Below are positions 60,467 to 64,000 of a DNA stretch of 64,000 bases, piece after piece; the first letter of the stretch is position 1, and every line of letters starts with the position of its first letter. The DNA is taken from NCBI GenBank assembly GCA_963706575.1, contig CAVPNL010000002.1, positions 64,001-128,000 of the forward strand. Direction: 5' to 3'. The notes under the pieces are model-generated. The model was not told the origin of the DNA, did not search any database, and was given only the letters and a program-made list of their open reading frames with translations. The stretch comes from an uncultured delta proteobacterium. Its GTDB lineage: Bacteria; Desulfobacterota; Desulfobacteria; Desulfobacterales; JAHEIW01. The translations under genes and the position numbers were made by a program.

Positions 60467-62323
60467 ATGAAGCAATTAACCGAACATAAAACGCAGCCAT
60501 TGAGCGTTGAGGAAAAATTATCCCGAACGGGGCATGAACCCGGCGTGTATCTCCTGAAAGATGAAAATAATGTGATCATCTACATCGGCAAAGCCTTGGA
60601 TCTTAGAAAACGACTGGCTGCCTATTTTAAAAACTCAAGACATGCCGACATGAAGACCGGTGTGCTGGTTCACAAAATTTTTGATTTTGACACCATTATC
60701 ACTGCTAACGAAAAAGAGGCACTGATTCTGGAGTCCAATCTGATCAAGCGTCACCGACCCCGTTACAATGTGGTGCTAAAAGACGACAAACGCTATCCAT
60801 CCTTGAGACTGGATCTAAAGGGAAAGTATCCCGCTTTTTCCATCGTTCGCAAAATCGGCGAAGACGATGCTTTGTATTTCGGTCCATTTGCTTCGGCCTA
60901 TGCAGTCCGCGAAACCCTCAAAACCATAAACAAAACCTTTAAATTGCGAAAATGTCGCGCCAGTGATTTTAAAACACGCACGCGCCCCTGTCTCCACTGC
61001 CAGATGGAAGGCTGCCTGGCGCCTTGTTGCCTGGATGTTGACCCGAAGATCTACCGGGATCACGTTAATGAAGCAATCATGTTTCTCAGGGGTCGCACCA
61101 CGGATCTGGTAGCCAAGATAAAAAAGCAAATGGATGCTGCTGCCCGGGCTCAGGAATATGAGAAGGCGGCCCGCATCAGAGACAAAATGTTTTCACTGCA
61201 AAGAACAATTGAAAAGCAAATCGCTGTTACCACCGATTTTCAGGATCGGGATGTATTTGCGATTGTCAGATCCAACGGCTATGCGCTGGTTACCGTTTTT
61301 AATGTTATGGGAGGCTTCATCAAAGGCACCCGGCATTTTAGTTTTGAAGAGATCATGTCAACCAACGATGAGGCTCTGGGCATCTTTATCCGGCAATACT
61401 ACGAAAAAACAGTTTTGCTACCCAAAGAAATTTTAGTTTCGCTATACCTGCAAGACGCACCATTGATCGAAGAGTGGTTCAGAACGGTTAAAGGCAAAAA
61501 GGTAAAAATTCTGAATCCTAAAAGAGGGGAAAAAGCAAAATTGCTGGCCCTGGTCACTCACAATGCTCAAAAAGAGCTGCGTGAGCTGATAGCCACAAGA
61601 ACCGTGGAGATGGAATTGCTGCTGAGGCTTCAAAAAAAGCTTAAATTGCCCAGATTGCCCGAACGGATCGAATGTTTCGATAACTCCAATATATCGGGCA
61701 CCGAAGCGGTTGCCGGCATGGTCGTATTTGAAAAAGGCAAAGCCAAAAAGTCGGCATACCGCAAGTTTAAAATTAGAGCCGTACCGACCCACGATGATTA
61801 TGCGTATATGTCCGAAGTGTTGAAACGTAGACTGGGGAAATCCGTTTCGCAGCGAAAACCCCAACCGTTTCCGGATTTGTTGATGGTCGACGGCGGCAGG
61901 GGACAGCTGAATATTGCTCTGGCGGTGGTCAAGGAATTATCACTCGAGGGTCAGTTTGAAATAATTGCTATCGCCAAAAAGGATGAAAAAAAGGGCGAGA
62001 CCCGGGACAAAATATTTAAACCGCGCAGGACCAATCCCATTGGTTTCGGCAAAGACGCGGATCTACTTCTTTTCCTGCAACGCATCAGAGACGAAGCGCA
62101 TCGTTTTGCCATTACATTTCACCGCAAGCGCCGGACCAAAACCACGTTGCAGTCTGAACTGGATGCGATACCGAACATCGGCAAAAAACGAAAAGCAATT
62201 CTGTTGAGGCATTTCAGAAGCATAAAAAAAATCCGGGAAGCAGACATCGAACAACTCAATGCGCTTCCCGGAATTACACGTTCGGCAGCTGAAGCCGTAT
62301 ACAATTATTTTAGTTCAAAATAA
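60467..62323 (+). CDS. uvrC: excinuclease ABC subunit C
   Basis: PGVY, YIGKA, RIECFDNSN, VDGGRGQL, RDEAHRFA, C-terminal HhH. Confidence 0.97.
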   Translation: MKQLTEHKTQPLSVEEKLSRTGHEPGVYLLKDENNVIIYIGKALDLRKRLAAYFKNSRHADMKTGVLVHKIFDFDTIITANEKEALILESNLIKRHRPRYNVVLKDDKRYPSLRLDLKGKYPAFSIVRKIGEDDALYFGPFASAYAVRETLKTINKTFKLRKCRASDFKTRTRPCLHCQMEGCLAPCCLDVDPKIYRDHVNEAIMFLRGRTTDLVAKIKKQMDAAARAQEYEKAARIRDKMFSLQRTIEKQIAVTTDFQDRDVFAIVRSNGYALVTVFNVMGGFIKGTRHFSFEEIMSTNDEALGIFIRQYYEKTVLLPKEILVSLYLQDAPLIEEWFRTVKGKKVKILNPKRGEKAKLLALVTHNAQKELRELIATRTVEMELLLRLQKKLKLPRLPERIECFDNSNISGTEAVAGMVVFEKGKAKKSAYRKFKIRAVPTHDDYAYMSEVLKRRLGKSVSQRKPQPFPDLLMVDGGRGQLNIALAVVKELSLEGQFEIIAIAKKDEKKGETRDKIFKPRRTNPIGFGKDADLLLFLQRIRDEAHRFAITFHRKRRTKTTLQSELDAIPNIGKKRKAILLRHFRSIKKIREADIEQLNALPGITRSAAEAVYNYFSSK

Positions 62324-62386
62324 TTGTAGGTCTCAGGTTTCGGGTGTCAGGATTCAGAAGACAGAGGTCAAGAGTCCGTGAACAGA

Positions 62387-62443
62387 GTAGGGCTGCCCTC
62401 TGCGGCTGCCTTTTACGACGGCTGGCACAGAGGCCAGCCCTAC
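62387..62443. repeat. GTAG-type REPIN nested in a CCTGA-heptamer element (62328-62535)
   Basis: GTAGGGCTGCCCTCTGCGGCTGCC ... GGCTGGCACAGAGGCCAGCCCTAC inverted pair. Confidence 0.7.
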
Positions 62444-62543
62444 TTCATCATTCGAAATTTCGTGTTCGATACTTAAAATAGGCCAAATAGATCGGCCCTC
62501 CGGGCCAAAGACTGAGACCTGAAACCTGACACCTTATCTTAAA

Positions 62544-63494
<951 letters not shown>

Positions 63495-63848
63495 TTAACA
63501 ATCTAAATGGGTTAGGGGGAAAAAATAGTTTGATATACCCTTGCCGGGTGTTGCAGAAAAGGTACAGTGATTAGCATAATTTCCAATATTGTCAACCGAT
63601 TTATCTGGTTCTCAAATGTTGACAGGAAGCACAAAAATAGGATAAATTATAATTACTTCAGACAAATTCGGGCTCTTTTTAAGGTTGACAAAATAGCCTT
63701 TGCGAATAGAAACACATGGTCTCTTGGTGCTGGCCGGTTTATTTTGCGGTTTGCCGTCGTTAACTATTCTATATCTAAAGAAAATGTGGTTTTGACCCGA
63801 TATAGTATTGATGAGTTCAATATTTTCGGAATCTAGAGTGTTCCATTT

Positions 63849-64000
63849 ATGGCTATTGTTAATCTAAAAAAAAGACAGATTGAATGCAAAATCGTTTATT
63901 ATGGCCCGGGGCGTTGCGGAAAGACAACGAACCTCGAATATATCCATAAGAGTTTTAAAAATCAAGTGATGGGAGAAATGGTTTCCATCAACACCGATGG
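63849..64000 (+). CDS. MglA-like small GTPase (partial, runs off window)
   Basis: MAIVNLKKRQIECKIVYYGPGRCGKTTNLEYIH... Confidence 0.85.
   Translation, partial: MAIVNLKKRQIECKIVYYGPGRCGKTTNLEYIHKSFKNQVMGEMVSINTD

Overview
64 kb of core chromosome from a deltaproteobacterium. Gene content and style suggest Desulfobacterales/Desulfobacterota (inference). Housekeeping genes: crotonase, M48 peptidase, queH, yggS, maf, HD-GYP regulator, tRNA-Leu(TAA), larB, guaA, trpF-like, efp, manA, two comEA-like genes, ihf, recC/recB/recD, ADP-forming acyl-CoA ligase, ispF, uvrB/uvrC, mdh and a partial mglA-like GTPase. The first ~7.2 kb has many frameshifts, most likely assembly errors. Most notable: (1) a co-oriented cluster at 14.9-19.4 kb encoding a pentapeptide-repeat/TIR protein, a membrane-anchored protein with C-terminal LRR-like repeats, and a secreted protein that is an ungapped paralog of that protein's middle domain; (2) several families of non-autonomous palindromic intergenic elements that often abut or supply stop codons, including a TA-flanked hairpin MITE with covarying arms, a ~130 bp nonamer-based element, heptamer hairpins and GTGG/GTAG REPs; (3) a decayed island at tRNA-Leu bounded by a degenerate tRNA 3' copy; (4) a DUF1998 helicase-exonuclease (MrfA-MrfB-like) fusion; (5) a NapC plus octaheme reductive-HAO-like pair; (6) FHA, fliK-like and flhB-C-like genes between recC and recB. 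No CRISPR array, rRNA, integrase or transposase gene was seen. All family calls come from motif recognition by eye; no database search was run.
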